This document shows, one piece after another, positions 12,884-26,963 of a DNA stretch of 64,000 nt. The stretch spans positions 6,500,213-6,564,212 of the forward strand of contig OZ234493.1 of assembly GCA_965153455.1 (NCBI GenBank), written 5' to 3'. The notes under the pieces were generated by a model. That model did no database searches, was not told the origin of the DNA, and saw only the letters and a program-made list of their open reading frames with translations. The position numbers and the translations under genes were made by a program. Each line of letters opens with the position of its first letter. Positions within the stretch are counted from its first letter, which is position 1. Source of the stretch: Sphagnum compactum (lineage: Eukaryota).

Positions 12884-15245
12884 CCCAATCACTTTTTGAT
12901 GATAGGTATTTTCATCACTGCCATTGATATGTTTTGCTGTCTAGAAGGAGAAAACCTCCAAACCAATGTCTTGTCTTGTCTTATTTGTATCCATGCACTT
13001 TTGTCTGCAAGGAATGCATGATTTGGTTGAGGATATCAGTTTGAACACCCAAATAAAAACTGAATAAACTCTTGGAGAATTTCATGTTATGTGCTATTTG
13101 TTTGGCACTAGTGTGCTTGATAAATGTTTTCTCAAGAGAAGGGGAGGTCCAAAATTTGGTATTGGATTTATTTTTTGGTGTAGTGACAAATATAGTTCAG
13201 GTTTTGAAGGAGCATGTGTTATTGTAGTGGTTGGGAGCATGAGTTTGAACAAGCAATGTGAAAGTTTCTTTGCAAGGGAGTTAACCAGCTTTGGTTCTCA
13301 CAGGCAGATCGGACATATTATGTTTGTTGCCATTTTTCAGTTTAGATACATAGCAGCGCCATCAAGGATTCTAACCACTTAAACTGGCATGTTAAGCTTC
13401 ATAGATTGTTGGCAAACTTTTGCAGTAAAGATGGTTTGTCAACAGCACCAGGAGCTCCCACAACACACTAGTATCAGTTCTGCTGTGTGCTTTCACGATC
13501 TTTATATATGCTTGCTGGGCAGCCTAAAACTCGATGTCTCCATCTAGTTGCTCATAGTTCCCAAATCTCCATCATGCACCTCACAATGTCAGCTTGGTCC
13601 ATTACTCCTATACTGGTGTTCTTGAACACTTCAGTTTTGGGTCTAGTTTGTACTAAAAAAGTGAGGAATCAAGTTGAAAAGAGAATTCTCTCAATTCTAT
13701 TTTAACACAACTTCTTTCCAAGTGCTGGGATTAATTCCCTATAACTCTTGCCTACAGGCTCTAGGACCAGCTCCAAGTTTATACTTCAAATTTAAGTTTA
13801 ACCCTCTCAATCACTATTACTCCTAATTCAAACTATATAGGTCCTTTTGACAGCACCTATTGTGCAATTGGAGCATGTTGGGTAGGTTTTAGAAAATTTC
13901 TCACAAATTCTAGCAGTTGTGTATAAGACATATTTATAGTTATGTAGTTCTAATTCTGGTTATAGTTTTAACAATGGCAACAACTCAAGTTCAAATATCA
14001 TTACATGAGTGTGATTTGACAATAGTTGCAAATTGTCCTACTCATACAAATCATATTTTAACATTATGCTTTCATTGCAATTGTTAAATCCTGCTGTATA
14101 TGTTATGATTTTTCAATGGGGACTCATTTTTAAATTATAGACTTCAATACTTATATGGGACAATTTGTTAATATGAAAAATCTATCGAATCCCAAGAGCT
14201 ATGAACTTTTGAAGTTGAAGCACAGGGGTGCAACAAGAACAAAAGTGAAGTTAATGGAGTTTGATTTGGTTCAATAAGGGATCTTGAATTTGTTTAGAGA
14301 CTTGGTTTTGGGGTGAAATTGGGGTGAAAATGTATAAAGAGAACAAAGTAAAAAAGTTTTGCATCATATCCATTGAAAGTATTATGCTATGGATTTTTAA
14401 TGAACTTTTGAATGTTGACAAACCACCTTATCTAGATATCATATGAAAAAAAAATGTTTTGTGATGAAATTTTGCAGACATGTTATAATCACTATCGTTT
14501 ATAATGCACATCCCACAAATGGATAAAAAAATTATGACCTATAACTATTGTATTCATATGCATTTTGTCACACCATGACATATTGTATTTAAAAATACAA
14601 AATATGAAATGGACTTTAGTGGTAGTTTTTTTTTGCCAGTTTTTCATCCCTCCCTACCATGCAATTACATGATAAAGAAATTAGCACTTGTGTTTTTATA
14701 ATGCAATATTTGCAATTTTACAAACACACTAGAGCAAGACCTAAATTGTCCGCACTATAGTGACTATCTTACAACCATGGATGATCTTCACTTTTATTTT
14801 GATTTTTGGTTAGTTGAGTAAATTGCCACTTACACTGATAAACATGACCTTCATTGATTAACTATGTCTCTTGAGTGCTACCCAACATCACAATTGAATT
14901 TTCCTTTTGAGTTCATAATTGTGATAGTACTTAGGACCTAGATGTTTATATAATTTTAAGCAAATCCAGAGTGTACACCAAAAACTTGCACCCACTGTAG
15001 TGCCATCACTTTGCCATTTCATTGCTTACACACCTTCACAAATGTTAGGACCATTTTCATGAACCCAACAACTGATCAAAGCAACATGCTACCTAAGATT
15101 GTACTATCAAATGAATTAGAGCTTATAAACAACCATCAAGTTGCTTCTATCAAGTGCATTATTCCTTAATGGTCACATCAAAACAAATATCGCACATTGT
15201 GAAGTTTTAAAATAATTTCTTCAAGCAATTGGTTGAAAGAATTTT

Positions 15246-16046
15246 TGTCGCAACCCCACTTTGGGCAAAGTGTGAGGATGCAACTCACACTCCCAAAGTT
15301 GGGGACTTGGAGTCCTCCGGGACTCCCGAAAATTTAGAGCTCGATTGCAGGGGTCAAAACACCTCACATTGAGGTGTTCTTTATATCAATGGAAAGGTCT
15401 TGAAGCGTAGATGTCGAAAATGGCCTTGCATGGGCCATTTGAACATCTTCAGCCTAAGTTATGGGCAAAAGAAGGGCCGAAAGTCATGACCACTAAAAGT
15501 TAGGAATCGACTTGATCCCGATGTGTGCAGGTTGAGTGCGACACACCATTGGAAAGATCTCAAGGAGAGCTACAACTTTGGTTCAGACCTCACTCCAATC
15601 GGAGGTCTGAGCTGGGAGATATGAGCTCCCAAAGTCCCGAGAGTCCAAACCGGGACAGTTTCGGGAATCCTCCTTGGGAATCCCAGGAAAAAGTGCCATT
15701 CGGATGTAGCCTCGGCGGAGAGCTGCAAAGAATACTATATGGGGGAAGGTGGTGGCTTCCCCTGAGTCCGGGCCGTGGTGAGTCAAGTGAGTCCAAGGTT
15801 GCCCGTGGCTTGTCTTAGCACTATAGTGACCCAGAAAGTGGTCTAACCAACTTGTGGTTGGTTTTGATGCAAATTCGAGTAGGTGAAAAGCTTGTCACTC
15901 TTCCTAGTCCATCCCGAGGCTTCAGCACGACCCTCTACCCCTCTTAGTGCTGAAGGCTGGGAGTGTGCCCCGAGTCCTTCCCTTTTTCCGCAACTTGAAA
16001 CAAGTTAGTCCAACTTGAGACTAACTAGGGACTTGGGAGCACGTCA
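15246..16046. mobile_element. Solo LTR (801 bp)
   Basis: GC-richer block beginning TG(TCGCAAC) and ending (ACGT)CA, flanked by an exact 5-bp TSD ATTTT (15241-15245, 16047-16051). No internal domain is attached. Confidence 0.85.
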
Positions 16047-16585
16047 ATTTTCATGCACAAACCAAACACCTGCATCCTATTTAGGGCAAGATTCTAGAAG
16101 AGTGACAAAGTCACAACACAATTGAGCAATTCATCATCACTTTGCATTGTTGTTCTTGTAGTGGTGGGGGTGTATTAAAAAAATTGAAAAAAAGAATAAG
16201 AAATGGAAATGAAACTTGTAACTTGTTTCCTACATGTTTTTTTTGTTGTTGTCCCAGTAACATTTTGTGTAATCTCTAAGCTATACACTAAAATGAAATA
16301 ATGAATCCATCAATTTTTTTAAAACACAAAAAAAAACTTCAACACAAATCATAGTGATAATTTTTTCTAGATCTTTTGTTTGCATGGACAAAATGGATCC
16401 ATGATATTGACATCATTTGGTTCTTCAAGTGTATATGGATTGATTTCTACATATTTTGAAGACACAACGTGAAATCTCCACATCACAATCTTCCTTTGAA
16501 AGAGAAACTTCCACAGCTTAAAGTGCAAGCACAACATGAACATTTCTTCCTGCTTCATTAGCTTCCTCAAATTTCGTGCACCTTT

Positions 16586-19500
16586 TGTTAAAGATTGCAA
16601 TGAGTTGTCTTAGTTTATTTAGTGATCCAACTGATTTCCCTCACTACCTTTGTCAACTGATTTCTTTCACCCGCTTGCACATGTTCTTAATTCGTGTCAG
16701 GGTTGTCATTATGTCTACGCATTTGTCATGACATGACAAACGCATCTAGATGTAGATGCAACCTTATGTCATGTTAGTATAGGGTCAACTTAGGTCAACC
16801 TAGATCAAAAGCACTATAAGGTTGCTTGGGGCAAGTTTATGGGCGATCGAAACTGGATTTGTTTCGGTCGTTGTAAATTCTGTGGTGATTGAAAAAATTC
16901 AGTCGTTGTACCTTGCAACGATTGAATTATACCCTATGGTAATTGAAAAAAAGTTTGGTTGCCACAGGGTACAACAATTGAATTTTTTTAGTCGCCAAAC
17001 CTTATGGCGATCGAAAATTTTTGGTCATCATACCCTATGGTGACCAAATTTTTTTTCAATAGCCACAGGGTACAATGATTGAATTTTTTAAATCACCAAA
17101 CCTTGTGGTGACCAAAAATTTTCGATTGTTGTACCCTGTGGTGATCGAAAAAAGTTTCGATTACCAAAGTGTACAGCGAATTTGGTCACCAAACCTTGCG
17201 ACGACCTAAACTTTTCAATCACTAAACCTTATAGCAATCAAAAGTTTTCAATCATGAACCCTATGGTGATCAAAAATTTGTAGTGACTGAAAGATGTTTA
17301 GTCGCCACTGTTGTGGTGACCAAAACTTAAGGCTTTCCAAAAACATATGACACGCCCCCCTTTCTTGGCGATCGAAAAGTTTTAGTCACCATTGGATAGT
17401 GGTGGACTCTTGGATGGTGACCAAATTTTTTCAATTGCCATCTGACACACCCCACCATTGGATGAAGACTAAAATTTTTCCATCGCCAAAAGGGGTGCGA
17501 ACGTGTTCTATCATTTTTGAAAACAACCCATGTTCTCACTTTTGGGTGATCAAAAAATTTTGGTCGTAATCTGATGGTGTCAGTGTGTCGGATACTGACC
17601 AAATGTTTTTGGTTGTCGTCACACACACCCTCACTATTCAATGGCGACTGAATTTTTTCGATTGCTAAAAAAATGGGACATGTCACATGTTTTTGTTGAC
17701 GAGGGCTTTCCAAAAAGATGGCACAAGTTAGCCTTCTATGGTGACAAAAAAATTCAATTGACACGGTCACTATGTAGAAGGTGACCAAATGTTTTTTGTT
17801 ACCATCCAACATGCCCCACCATCGGATGGCAACTGAAATTTTTTGGTCCCCCAAAAGGGTAAGTAGGGATTTTTTTTCCAAAATGATAACACATGCTTGC
17901 AACCCCTTTGGATGACCAAGTCTTTTCAATCACCATCCGATGGTGGAGTGTCTTGAATGGTGACCACAAAAAATTCAATTGCCATTCGAAAGACTGCCAC
18001 TATCTAATGGTGATAGAATATTTTCAATTGCCAAGAATGGGGGGCTTGTCATATATATTTGGAAAACCTTCATCTCGCATTTCGCATCGGTAATGAAAAT
18101 TTTTCGATTGTTGTAAGTTTTTGGTCACTGCAAGGTTTGGCAACTAAAAACATTTGGTTGTCATACCTTGTGGTGATTGAAATTTGTTTTGGTCACCATA
18201 GGGTATGGCGATTGAAAATTTTTGGTCATTGCAGGATTTGGTGACTTAAAAAATTTAGTCACTCTACCTTATGGAGACCAAAAAAAGTTTGGTTGCCCAA
18301 AAGGGAAAACGGGGGTTGTTTTTCCAAAATGATAGCACATGCTTGCACCCTTTTCGATGATTGAATATTTTTAGTCACCATTCAATGGTGAAGGTGTGTC
18401 AAATAGCGACCAAAAAAATTTAGTCACCATCCAAAAAATTGCCACTATCAATGGCGACTGAATATTTTTGGCTGCAAGGAAAGGGGGGCATGCCATATGT
18501 TTTTGGAAAGCCCCTTTCTGTGACAACTAAAAAGTTTCGGTCGCCACAAGGAAGGGCGATCATTTTTGAAATAAAAATACTACCCCCAATGCCCTTTTGG
18601 GGGATCGAAAAATTTCAGTTGTCATTTGATGTGGGGGTGTTGGACGGCAACCAAATTTTTTTGGTTGCCATCTAACACACCCCCACTATTTGATGACAAT
18701 TGATTTTTTTTAATTGTTAGGAAAGGGGGGCGTATCATATGGTTTTGGAAAGCCCTCATTGAGGGCTTTCCATGACATGCCCCCTTCTATGGCGATCAAA
18801 AATTTTCGGTTACCGCAGGATTGGTGACCGAAATCCATTTTCGGTCACCATTTGTAACAGGGGTTGCTCAAATGTCAATGAAAAGTTTTCTGCGTTCATC
18901 TTGACGGACGTGTCATGATAGATGCCGACATGACCCTTGACACAAAATGGTCGCATCAAATTGGTTTTGACAACCCTGGTTCGTGTAGATCAATTGACTT
19001 TCACTTAATCTTTAGGATCGCATTAATTCCCATGGCTGTACATATGCCCCTTTTGGTATCTTTATAATATTACCTTTTTTGTTTCACTTGTAAATGACCA
19101 ATCTAGTAGTGATCACAGAACACAAGAACTTGGATAATATCCTTTTTGATTAAGAAGCTTATTGTTCTACTGCTATAAACAAGTTTTAGATGGAGTCCTC
19201 ACTCTCTTAACAAGTCATGGGCTCATAGGGGCTCACATCAATCATAACAAAGTTTGTAGGGTATAACTTCCATTTGGAAGTTTAAGATGCAAAATGTTGT
19301 TAGAAGAAAAAAACTTTGGGCATTGTATTAGGGACAAAGGTTAAACTGATAGCGGATTTTACAAATTGAGAGAAGAAATATAAGATAGCTAAGACCTTCA
19401 TTGTCATGGGCTTGCATGACTATTTGTTTCAAAACGTCATTGTAGCAAAAATAACAACAGAAACTTGGAATTGTCTCTTAAAAATATATGAGGCTAAAGG

Positions 19501-20250
19501 TCTAGCAAATAAACTATTTTTGAAACATCATTTCTTTGCTCACAAAATGAATGCTACTAACAATATATTGGATCACATTAACAAGTTAAGTCCATGGGTT
19601 AACAACTTGAAGAGATAGGAGTGAAGCTTGAGGCAAATGATCTTGTGATGGTGTTGTTGTATATCTTACTAGAATCTTATAACAACCTAATAGTAGCTTT
19701 AGCGTCATGGGTAGAAGTTGATTTGAACATTGAATTTGTTAGAGTTAGACCCCTTCATTAAGAGTTGAAACATAAGGATGCTGAAGTTTAAGTGAAGGAG
19801 GGTTTGTTTTGGTTGTTCACACATCTAAAGCCACATCCAACAACTTAATTTGCAGCAAATTAAAAGGTGGCCACTAAGAGGGACAATAAGAAAGATCTAT
19901 GCAACTATTGCAAAAACCTGGCCATTGGGCTTGAAATTGCAAGAAAAAGGTAGTAGACTTGAAGAAGCTAGCACATACCCAAGAAATAGTTACCGTAGCT
20001 AAACAATCATTTTTTGCAATGACAAATATTTTAGACAATGAGTCTTGGTACATTGACTCGAGAGTTTATCATCATCTAACATTTCAAAGATATATTTTTA
20101 AACTACAAGAACATCCCCAAATAATCCATTTACATGGGAGATAATTCTGTCCAAAAGACTATCAGAATAGGAAGTGTTGTTGTATCCATGAGAGTGGGAG
20201 ATCACGATGTCAAAGGAGTCCTGCGTGAAGTATTACATTATTTAGGTCTT
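16586..20250 (+). mobile_element. 5' part of a decayed Ty1/Copia element: LTR (16586-19212, split by a hAT insertion), PBS, gag and protease relic
   Basis: LTR TGTTAAAGA...TCTTAACA, then the PBS-like AGTCATGGGCTCA. Gag remnants (WKFKMQ, IYEAKGLANKLFLK), zinc knuckle CNYCK-PGHWA*NC and protease WYIDSRVYHH follow, with many stops. Confidence 0.88.
16698..18978. mobile_element. Non-autonomous hAT element (2.28 kb) inserted in the Copia LTR
   Basis: 11-bp TIR CAGGGTTGTCA/TGACAACCCTG and 8-bp TSD ATTCGTGT/GTTCGTGT (1 mismatch). The interior consists of many ggYgaYYRaaa motifs in both orientations; no transposase. Confidence 0.88.
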
Positions 20251-21230
20251 GTTGGGTATATTCATGATTGGGGTACCAAAAAGGAATGATCTATATTTAA
20301 AAGCTTGCAAAGGACAACTTTGGATTTTTATTTATATTACATTATTATAATTGTAATGGATTGTTGTATGTCAATAGATAAGATGATGTCTTGTTAAATT
20401 AATAAAAATATTTAAAAATAATTTGAATATTATGTGAATGTCCTTTTGAGTCTTGTAAACTAATTATATCAAGTGTTTAAATGCAATTTTAAAAAAAGGA
20501 ATCAAAAGAAATGCATAAAATCATACAATTGATTTCAAACTTTTTGTACAAAAAAAACATGCTTCCTTTTATAAAAGTAGATATTCATTGGATGAACTTG
20601 ATGAAAAACTAAATCATACAAAAATTTCAAAGTCTTAAAATTTTGAAGGAAAAGGTTGTAAGGCAACAGGCTGATTTTTTAAACCATTTGACAAAAAAAT
20701 TATGTTCAATGAGTTCAAAATGTTTAGCTTTAGAGGTTTAGACCATGTGCACAAAATAATCTTGTCAAAAAACATGTTTGGTTATCCATTGAAACTCATT
20801 TTGAGATTTTTGCGTTTTTGACTATAAACCAAAATATTCATACATAATTATGTATGAATGTGAAAACTCACCATTATCACATGAATTATCTTAATTTGAA
20901 CTATTCAATTTTTCTCAGTTATTTTTGTTTCAAATAAATGTTATTTGCAAAAAGTAGTCCCACAAAAGTCTTCTTTTCCTTTTTTCTAAACCCCAACCGT
21001 GAATACTTTAAAATCAGCAAATCAACAAAGATCTTCAATCTGAGTTTACTATTGAAGAAGATACCATCCATCATCTAAAGTTCGTTAAAACAAGGGAAGA
21101 AAATTTCCAAAAAGGCTAAAGGATTTTGTAGCAGTCATTGAATACACCAACATTGCAATTTTTTTGGAGGAACCAACAACTTTGGCAGCAGCATGTATAT
21201 TATCTTTTGGTGGCTAATGTTATGAGCCCC

Positions 21231-22820
21231 CATGGGCCCATAACTTGTTGAGAGAATGAGGATTCCATCTCAAACTTGTTTACAACAATAGAACAACAAG
21301 CCTCCTAATCAAAAGGAATATTATCTTAGCTCTTGTGCTCTTTGGTCATTGGACTGGTCATTTACAAGTGAAAGCAAAAAAGATAATTACTATAGAGATA
21401 CCAAAGGGGGCATATCTACTTATATAATATCCTTGGGTGGTCGTCCTTTTCATCCATCTGTCCCGTCATCCATCCCGTCATCCATCCGTCCCTCCATCCA
21501 TCCAAGGTAAAGAGGGGGGGGAGGCCGCGGGCCCTTCTTAAATTGCAAAACTCCACTGTTTAAGGGAATTGCCCATTCTGCCCTATTTAAAGCACAATAG
21601 GTATCCATCCTGTTATGAAGGGGTATTGGCCCATAATAAAAATTTCAGGCATGCACTGAGGAAGGCTCGGTATGCAATCAGTGCAGCCAATTTTTTCCTT
21701 TTTTGGGTTTTGGGGAGAGGGGGAAAGGGAGAAATTTTTTCTTTTTTCTATTGGGGGTGGGGGTCCCGTCATCCATCCATGGAATGGAGGAGACAATCAT
21801 GTGGCAATTTATCTCATAGTAAGGAGGTAGTTGCCAGGAGGGACCAGGTCGTCCCTAGCAGTGTTGTTTTTTATTTTATTTTTCTAAGATTTTTTGTTTG
21901 TAGCCACAGTGGGATCTTCCATAGAAAAATGTGGCGACCTTCCTCAAGAAGATTGTGCCAAAACTGGCTATAAAGCCGGATATGAAGTAAACAACTGTAA
22001 TCATGCTTCTATTTCTTTGACTACACACTCAAAACCAACCAAATATATTTGATAATTTTGTCTTTTTTTGCTCGCCTCACCCCCCCTCACTTTTGGGGGA
22101 CTTCAGAGTGTCTGAAGGTCACGGGTACCCACTAGTATATATATATATAGCCATGGGAATCAGTATGATCCTAAAGATCAGGTAAAAGTCAATTGATCTA
22201 CACTAGTTCGCAGCATGTACAGGTGAGTGAGAGAAATCAGCTGGTAGAGATAGGTGAGGGAAATCAATTGGATCACTAAATAAACTAAAACAACTCATTG
22301 CAATCTTTAACACTCCCACTCAATGACAGTTTTGTGTTTTCTATTTGTGATACCCTAATCCTAACTTGCTGGTGCGAGTCTCAAACTGATCTTTGGGGAT
22401 TGCCTTGGTAAGAATGTCAGTAGCCATCTCCTTCATTGAGCAGTAGTCAAACAAAATTTCACTAGAGGAGATATGCTCCCTCACAAAATGGAATCGGACA
22501 TCTATGTGTTTTGTGCATAGGTGATGCACTGGATTCTTCAACAAAGCCAAGTTTCCTCACTGTTGCTGGTTATGAGAGTTGCATTTTTCTACATCTATCC
22601 CACTTCACATAAGAACCTTCTAAGCCACAAAGCTTCTTTCTTGCATGAGTGCATGCCATGTACTCCGCTTTAGTAGAAGAAAAAGCAACTGTTGATTGCT
22701 TCTTGCTAGCCCAAGAAACAGCCGCTCCTCCTAAAAGGAAAACGTAGCTAGTTGTTGATCTCATTGTGTCAACATCGCCTCCCCAATCCGAATCACAAAA
22801 TAGCCTTCCCCTTGAAATCT
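21231..22820 (-). mobile_element. 3' part of a Ty1/Copia element of the same LTR family: RNase H relic, PPT, LTR (22312-21246, split by a Helitron), followed by a PBS
   Basis: CDSDWGGDVDTMRSTTSYVF...VSWASKKQSTVA...AEY and NPVHH..TKHIDVRFHFVRE...DILTK. PPT TTGAGTGGGAG abuts TGTTAAAGATTGCAATGAG. The LTR ends TCTCAACA and is followed by AGTTATGGGCCCA. Confidence 0.9.
21415..22135 (+). mobile_element. Non-autonomous Helitron (721 bp) inside the second Copia LTR
   Basis: 5' A|TCTACTTATATAA. The 3' hairpin CTTCAGA-gtg-TCTGAAG lies ~14 nt before CTAG|T. No TSD, and the segment is absent from the sister LTR at ~19040. Confidence 0.82.
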
Positions 22821-25814
22821 TCAGCATGAAGGACCACGAGGGATTGGGAATCTTACCCGTTTGTTAGAAAAGAACTGTGTGGCATGATTTTGGTTGAGAG
22901 CTTGACCTGCCAGGAATGCACCATCTGAATCGTTCTCCTTGCTGAATCATTCTCCTTGTTGCAACAGCCACCCTTGCGACCTACCATGCCAACTTGCTCC
23001 TTGTCTTCCATTCAATGTTTTCTGGAGCCAATCCACTACTTCAGCTTCCTCAATGTCAAGAACATCGACCAGCCCTGCACCTCCTGCATGCTTTCCTCCA
23101 GGAGACAAGAATACGTGCTAAACTAGGAAAAACGAATGGCACCGTATAAGGCATACTACATATTGTGAGCTTGATGGAGAAACTTGGTGCACTGTGAGAT
23201 TACTTCTTGTTTACTTTTTATGTACCTGACAAACCTCAATCAAATGCACCATAACAGTAAATGAGAATGCTCAAATATAAAATGGAAATCAGAATCACAG
23301 TTATCAAAATAGAGTCCCCTACATGCTTCGATCTGATCAGCCATTCCTGTTTCATCTGCTTGACAAGCATAAGCAAAAGACACAACATCCCATTGTTTAA
23401 CAACTTAGACTTGGATCCAGGAATGTGGACTCTCTTGCCCACTCAATTAAGTTTTCCGTCTTTTTGGAAAAACATCTCACAGGACATGATTGTGAGCATA
23501 CAAAAAGGATTGAAAAATGTGAGACATTTGCTCCAAAATTTATTCCCTAAACAAAAAAAGAAGAATGTTCTACTCTACACTTAGCTTCATGTACTATTCT
23601 TCTGCATAAAGAATCTCTTCTAAGAACAAGTAGACTAAGATTTTTCTCTTGAAGGCCAGGAAATTTTTTTCCTCCCAGACTGTTCACTCCAAGCCTGGAG
23701 GAATGCACACTATGCTTCCCACCACATCTTGTGGTGGAGTGTCGTGGATTGATTCATTGAATTCATATGCACCTGCTCCTAGCAATTCTCTCACCTTGGC
23801 ATTGTTGACACGCAATCTCACCCACTTATCCCCACTCAGTCCCCTTAAAAAAAAAACTCCACAATTCTTTCTCTTCCTCCTTCCTTCCAAGTATCTTTTC
23901 TACCTCTTCACTTGCTGCCGTCAAAGCTACCCTCCTTTTCACAATGTTTGCCAAATCAATCCCTTTCTTAAAAAGCCTCTTCAAATCATTACTTTTAGCT
24001 ATGAGAACTGAAACTTGCTGATTGAGATGTAAAATCATCTCCTCCATTTGTCCAAAACGCCCTTTATTCTCTTCCACACATTCAGAGTGCTTTTTAGTGA
24101 GATTTTTGTGATTATTTGTCATGCGTGTGGACTGCGCCTGGAACTGCATATGGAGATGCACCAAACTTTCACAATCCCACACGAACGCTCAAGCTTTCAC
24201 AAACTCTCTCATAAACAGGCAAACGCGACCTCAAAGGAAACCTCAAATGTGAAGCTTCAAATATCGATCCTCCAAATATCTCTACGACAAGAGTGATAAA
24301 ATCATCCTCTTACTTCAGTGTTGCAAGCATCAGCAGAAACAATAACAACTCGTCAACGTCAGTGTAAATCCTCACCAGACCAGTCATCGATGGAATTTAC
24401 AGACATCACTCCAGTATGAATAGTCAGGCCATGCCATGCAGACAAGTGATTTCCTGCAGAAATTGAACAAATACGAGCAATTTGCTCCAGCATCTGCAAA
24501 CTTGTTAGCACAAAACATGGTACAAAAGAACAGAGCCCCATTTGGAAGGTCTAGTAGCATAACCTTTTGGATTTTAACCTCTCCTCTCTTCCTTCTGCTG
24601 CAACTTAAAAGATGTAGAATGGAACACCGTCACTCCTACTAGTCAACCCTATGTGTAGCACACAACTAGAGGCTCTTGATGAGTCTCACTGTTTTATGTT
24701 ACTATCCTCAGAAAACCATCTTCATATGAAGACTGCTCAACTATGTAGCAACAACACTGTTGAACTTGCCATTCTTCCACTGCTAAGTTCCAGCAACATC
24801 CTCTCCTTCCCAGCCAAACTCTAAATTCCTTCAATAAGTTTCAGCAAAAGTTATTGAATTCATTTAGAGCCCTTTGAATTTCCTGAGCAAGAATTGAGCA
24901 AGAGAATGGAACAATTCACACAAGCAAAAACAGCAGATTTGTCAGATACAAGCTTATCTCAGGTCACAGACTGCCTCCTTGTGAGCAGTTTTGTTGGCCT
25001 TCACATTATTCATATTGGTTTGCCAGTAAGTATATGTATGCAAAACCAGGAATACTGATTTAGACAATGACAAACAACATTACTTCTGCTCTACTTCCAG
25101 TTCCCAAGGGAGAATAAAAAAAGCAAGCATGCAGACAATCTATCTCAAACAACAGCCACAGCAGTGTGTGAATCATGCACAAGGATGGAGTCACAAACTT
25201 AATGCAGCCACCATCATCACCAGTCACCATCCAATTCTCAATTGTGGCTCCATATCATTGACCAGACAGCTTGATCATGTGCCTCCCTCAGCAAAGCACC
25301 CTCATGAACAGCCCATATATCTAAAATCTTCCCTCAATTTCAAAACCAAAAGGGTGGCACATGTTCAAGACAATTGTCTTCCTCCCAAACGATGGGAAAT
25401 TGGGTGACTGACACTTTCGACACGCTCACTTTCTTAATTGGGCTCTTGAAAGTGGTCATTAATGGCCCTGATATCTGAGACCAACATCAGTCTCATCACA
25501 TTGTGCAATTTCGTTTCTCAGATAATCTATTACTCTGATGAAGAATTTAAAACATGTTCCTTCACCAGGGTCAGAGGGGAGCTCAAGGGGCTCATAGTCA
25601 AACTGGTAGGCTGGCTTCCTACGACCTACTCCATTTGAATAGGAGCATTGACCCCATAGTCTAGTGGCACAGTCCATGGCCATCTGTATGGTAAATTTTC
25701 AAGACAATCAAAGAACCACCCCACAAGCCTTCTCAAGCAACAGGACGAGATCATGCCGAGAATACAGAAGTCCACCACACTCACAATGTAAACAAAATCA
25801 AGACTGAGTCTAAC

Positions 25815-26963
25815 CTCAGACGATGGAGCATCAAATGCAGCTCCTATGACTCGGATAAGGAGTTTTACATATTGAAGCAGAGCAGGCCCAGCACACATCA
25901 CAACAATTGCTAGCACATTGAGTTGGTAGGTCATTGATAACTCCAAACCTGGTGACAGTCCCACCTGCAGAGAAGCCAATTGAGTTCCTCCATCAAAGTG
26001 AATTCTTTTCATTTTGACTGAAAAATGAAAAGATATATATGTTACTACTTTTCTTGTCATCTAGCACAAAGCATCAGTAGAAGGTATACCATGTTACTAT
26101 ACCATCTTCCTAATTGACTAAATGAAATTGGCTTATACAATGTAATCAACATATAATGCCTCGTGTTTTTCTAAGAAGAGCAAGGAGGAAGCCAAGAACA
26201 TCATTCAGAAGCTTTTTGGTCAGAGGAGAAGTAGACCTAGAAAGCCACTTTCACCTTTCACTTGCCAACAAAGTTGACTTTGTAGCTACTTCTTTCTTCC
26301 AGAGGGCTTCTCCCACCACAAAAAGATCTAACACTTGTAGCATTGGGGATGGAGAGCACAGCATTTTCATCTCTTCCATCTTTAGACAAGATGAAACCGC
26401 CCAGCAAGGCAAAGAAAATAAATGTGCAAAAGAAGAAAATATATCAACACCCTGCCAATTTGCTTAACAGGACCTCATGCCTCATGCCCCAGCATCGTGC
26501 AGACAAATGCAGGCAAAATGGCAGAAGAGACCTCTAGTATCAATTTACTGACCTTGAACTCAGCCCAGGGTCCATCACCACTTAGCCCTGTAACTGGTGT
26601 GTCAGCGAGTGCTGAAAGGGTTGAGTCCATCAGAGGTCCCAGCAGCTGGGGGACAGCATCTGCAGGAGTGGCATAAACTGCAGCTGTGCAAAAGAAGCTG
26701 GCCTCTGCTACTGCCCCAGGCAGCACTTGCCCATGCACAAAGCGTGCCACCTTATTCAGAGTCTGCCACATACTCTTCTCATTAAACCTCGACTTCCCAG
26801 CTCGAAAACAACAATACCTTTCTCCACTAGCAGAAAGTCAATCACACTGAGAAAACTGCATCACACAAGGAATGTCTACCTGCAGGTAGAGTGGAGTGGT
26901 CAATCTTCCAAACAAAATCTCGATGACATGATGATAGAAGGATCTCGCTTGCATACGAAATGT
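25815..26963 (-). pseudogene. PA200: Proteasome activator subunit 4 (PA200/Blm10) internal fragment; exons ~26963-26880, 26762-26553 and 25964-25815
   Basis: TFRMQARSFYHHVIEILFGRLTTPLYLQ / TLNKVARFVHGQVLPGAVAEASFFCTAAVYATPADAV...LADTPVTGLSG / VGLSPGLELSMTYQLNVLAI...GPALLQY...AFDAPS resembles the plant PA200 mid-region. Both GT-AG introns are intact and phase 0. The rest of this very large gene is absent. Confidence 0.82.

Noticed and set aside
17327..18675. 200-aa and smaller ORFs inside the hAT element
   Set aside because: They translate repeated DNA motifs and show no transposase signature.
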